A DNA stretch of 57,518 nt from an uncultured Mycoplasmatota bacterium. Lineage in GTDB: Bacteria; Bacillota_I; Bacilli_A; RF39; UBA660. The notes below the pieces were generated by a model that made no database searches, was not told where the DNA came from, and saw nothing but the letters and a program-made list of their open reading frames with translations. The stretch covers positions 1 through 57,518 of the forward strand of contig CAMMJA010000004.1 in assembly GCA_946497145.1 (NCBI GenBank), given 5' to 3'. Shown here in pieces: positions 56,571-57,518 of the stretch. Every line of letters starts with the position of its first letter. Within the stretch, counting starts at the first letter, position 1. The position numbers and the translations under genes were made by a program.

Positions 56571-57518
56571 ATGTTTGAAAGTTTAGGAGATCGCTTACAA
56601 AGTGCGATTCATAAAATAAAAGGTTATGGTAAGATAACGGAAGATAATATTCAAGAAATGATGCGTGACATTCGTCTTGCTTTACTAGAAGCCGATGTTA
56701 ACTATAAAGTAGTGAAAGAATTTACCAATGAAGTGAAAGAAAAAGCGTTGGGAGAAGAAGTACAAAAAAGTTTAAAACCAGGAGAGTTATTCGTAAAAAT
56801 TGTAAAGGATGAATTGACAGAACTGTTGGGTGGAGAAAGTGCGCCACTGAACTTGGTAGGCAATCCAGCAGTTTTGATGTTAGTCGGACTGCAAGGAAGT
56901 GGTAAGACGACAACCATCGGAAAACTCGCTAACTTCTTGCGCAAAAAACATGCCAAAAAGCCGTTATTGGTGGCGTGTGATGTCTATCGTCCGGCAGCAA
57001 TTGATCAACTAAAGCAAATTGGTAAACAACTAAATATTGAAGTGTATGAAGAAGGAAAAGAAAATCCAGTAGAAATTGCTAATCGTGCCATTTCCTATGC
57101 CAAAGAAAATAAATTTGATTATGTCTTGATCGATACGGCAGGGCGCTTACACATCGATGAAGCATTGATGCTAGAACTTGAGGAGATTCAAAAGAGTATT
57201 AAACCCCAGGAAACTTTGTTGGTAATCGATGCCATGATGGGACAAGATGCCATTAATGTCATTGAGGGATTCCATAACCAATTGCCATTGACAGGTGTCA
57301 TTTTAACCAAATTAGATGGTGATACTAGGGGTGGTGTTGCTCTTTCGGTACGCCATTTGACCAATGTTCCTATCAAATTTATTGGTGTCAGTGAAAAACT
57401 AGATGGCATCGATGCCTTTGATCCAGAACGCATGGCTGGAAGAATTTTAGGTATGGGCGATATTTTATCTATTGTGGAAAAAGCCGAGGAAGTGATCGAT
57501 CAACAAGAAGCAATGAAT
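56571..57518 (+). CDS. ffh: signal recognition particle protein Ffh (3' end beyond the window)
   Basis: 'MFESLGDRLQSAIHKIKG', 'GLQGSGKTTTIGKL', 'DTAGR', 'TKLDGDTRGG'. No stop before the window end. SD TAGGTGA. TTGTATAAT -10 at 56544-56552. Confidence 0.95.
   Translation, partial: MFESLGDRLQSAIHKIKGYGKITEDNIQEMMRDIRLALLEADVNYKVVKEFTNEVKEKALGEEVQKSLKPGELFVKIVKDELTELLGGESAPLNLVGNPAVLMLVGLQGSGKTTTIGKLANFLRKKHAKKPLLVACDVYRPAAIDQLKQIGKQLNIEVYEEGKENPVEIANRAISYAKENKFDYVLIDTAGRLHIDEALMLELEEIQKSIKPQETLLVIDAMMGQDAINVIEGFHNQLPLTGVILTKLDGDTRGGVALSVRHLTNVPIKFIGVSEKLDGIDAFDPERMAGRILGMGDILSIVEKAEEVIDQQEAMN

Overview
This is a 57.5 kb chromosomal segment from an AT-rich, spore-forming Bacillota genome (G+C judged by eye, not computed). 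It is almost entirely housekeeping genes arranged in Bacillus-like synteny blocks:
- trmB
- Tyr T-box-deoC-tyrS / rpsD / ezrA-cysteine desulfurase-thiI-SASP
- ndk, ackA, nrnA, engB
- spoIVA-spoVIF-der
- a RelA/SpoT homologue, hup, cca
- dnaD-nth / ponA-recU / gpsB-rnpB
- rodZ-like-pgsA-X-recA-murE-rny
- rnj, a GntR+ABC module, and ftsY-ylxM-ffh

I saw no rRNA, tRNA, CRISPR array, transposase, integrase or recognisable restriction/defence cassette. The only RNA elements I can support are an RNase P RNA (type B) and a Tyr-specific T-box leader.

The unusual content sits where the Bacillus-type synteny is interrupted:
1. An orphan HerA/FtsK-type ATPase and a 96-aa membrane protein are intercalated in the ftsY-ylxM-ffh SRP operon.
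2. A small non-syntenic islet between engB and spoIVA holds a TasA/camelysin-like secreted protein, a compact MecA-like protein and an orphan PemK/MazF-like protein.
3. A long RSH protein ends just after the TGS domain and has degenerate synthetase motifs. It is preceded by a Cys-rich mini-ORF and a hairpin.
4. Two decayed genes are present: a prs paralogue with an in-frame TAA, and a Bro-N/DinD-like gene with a frameshift.
5. A 17-bp inverted repeat makes two convergent genes end in identical codons.

I found no complete, clearly novel multi-gene system. The HerA-containing SRP operon and the engB-spoIVA islet are the best candidates. All family assignments come from motif recognition by eye, with no database search.
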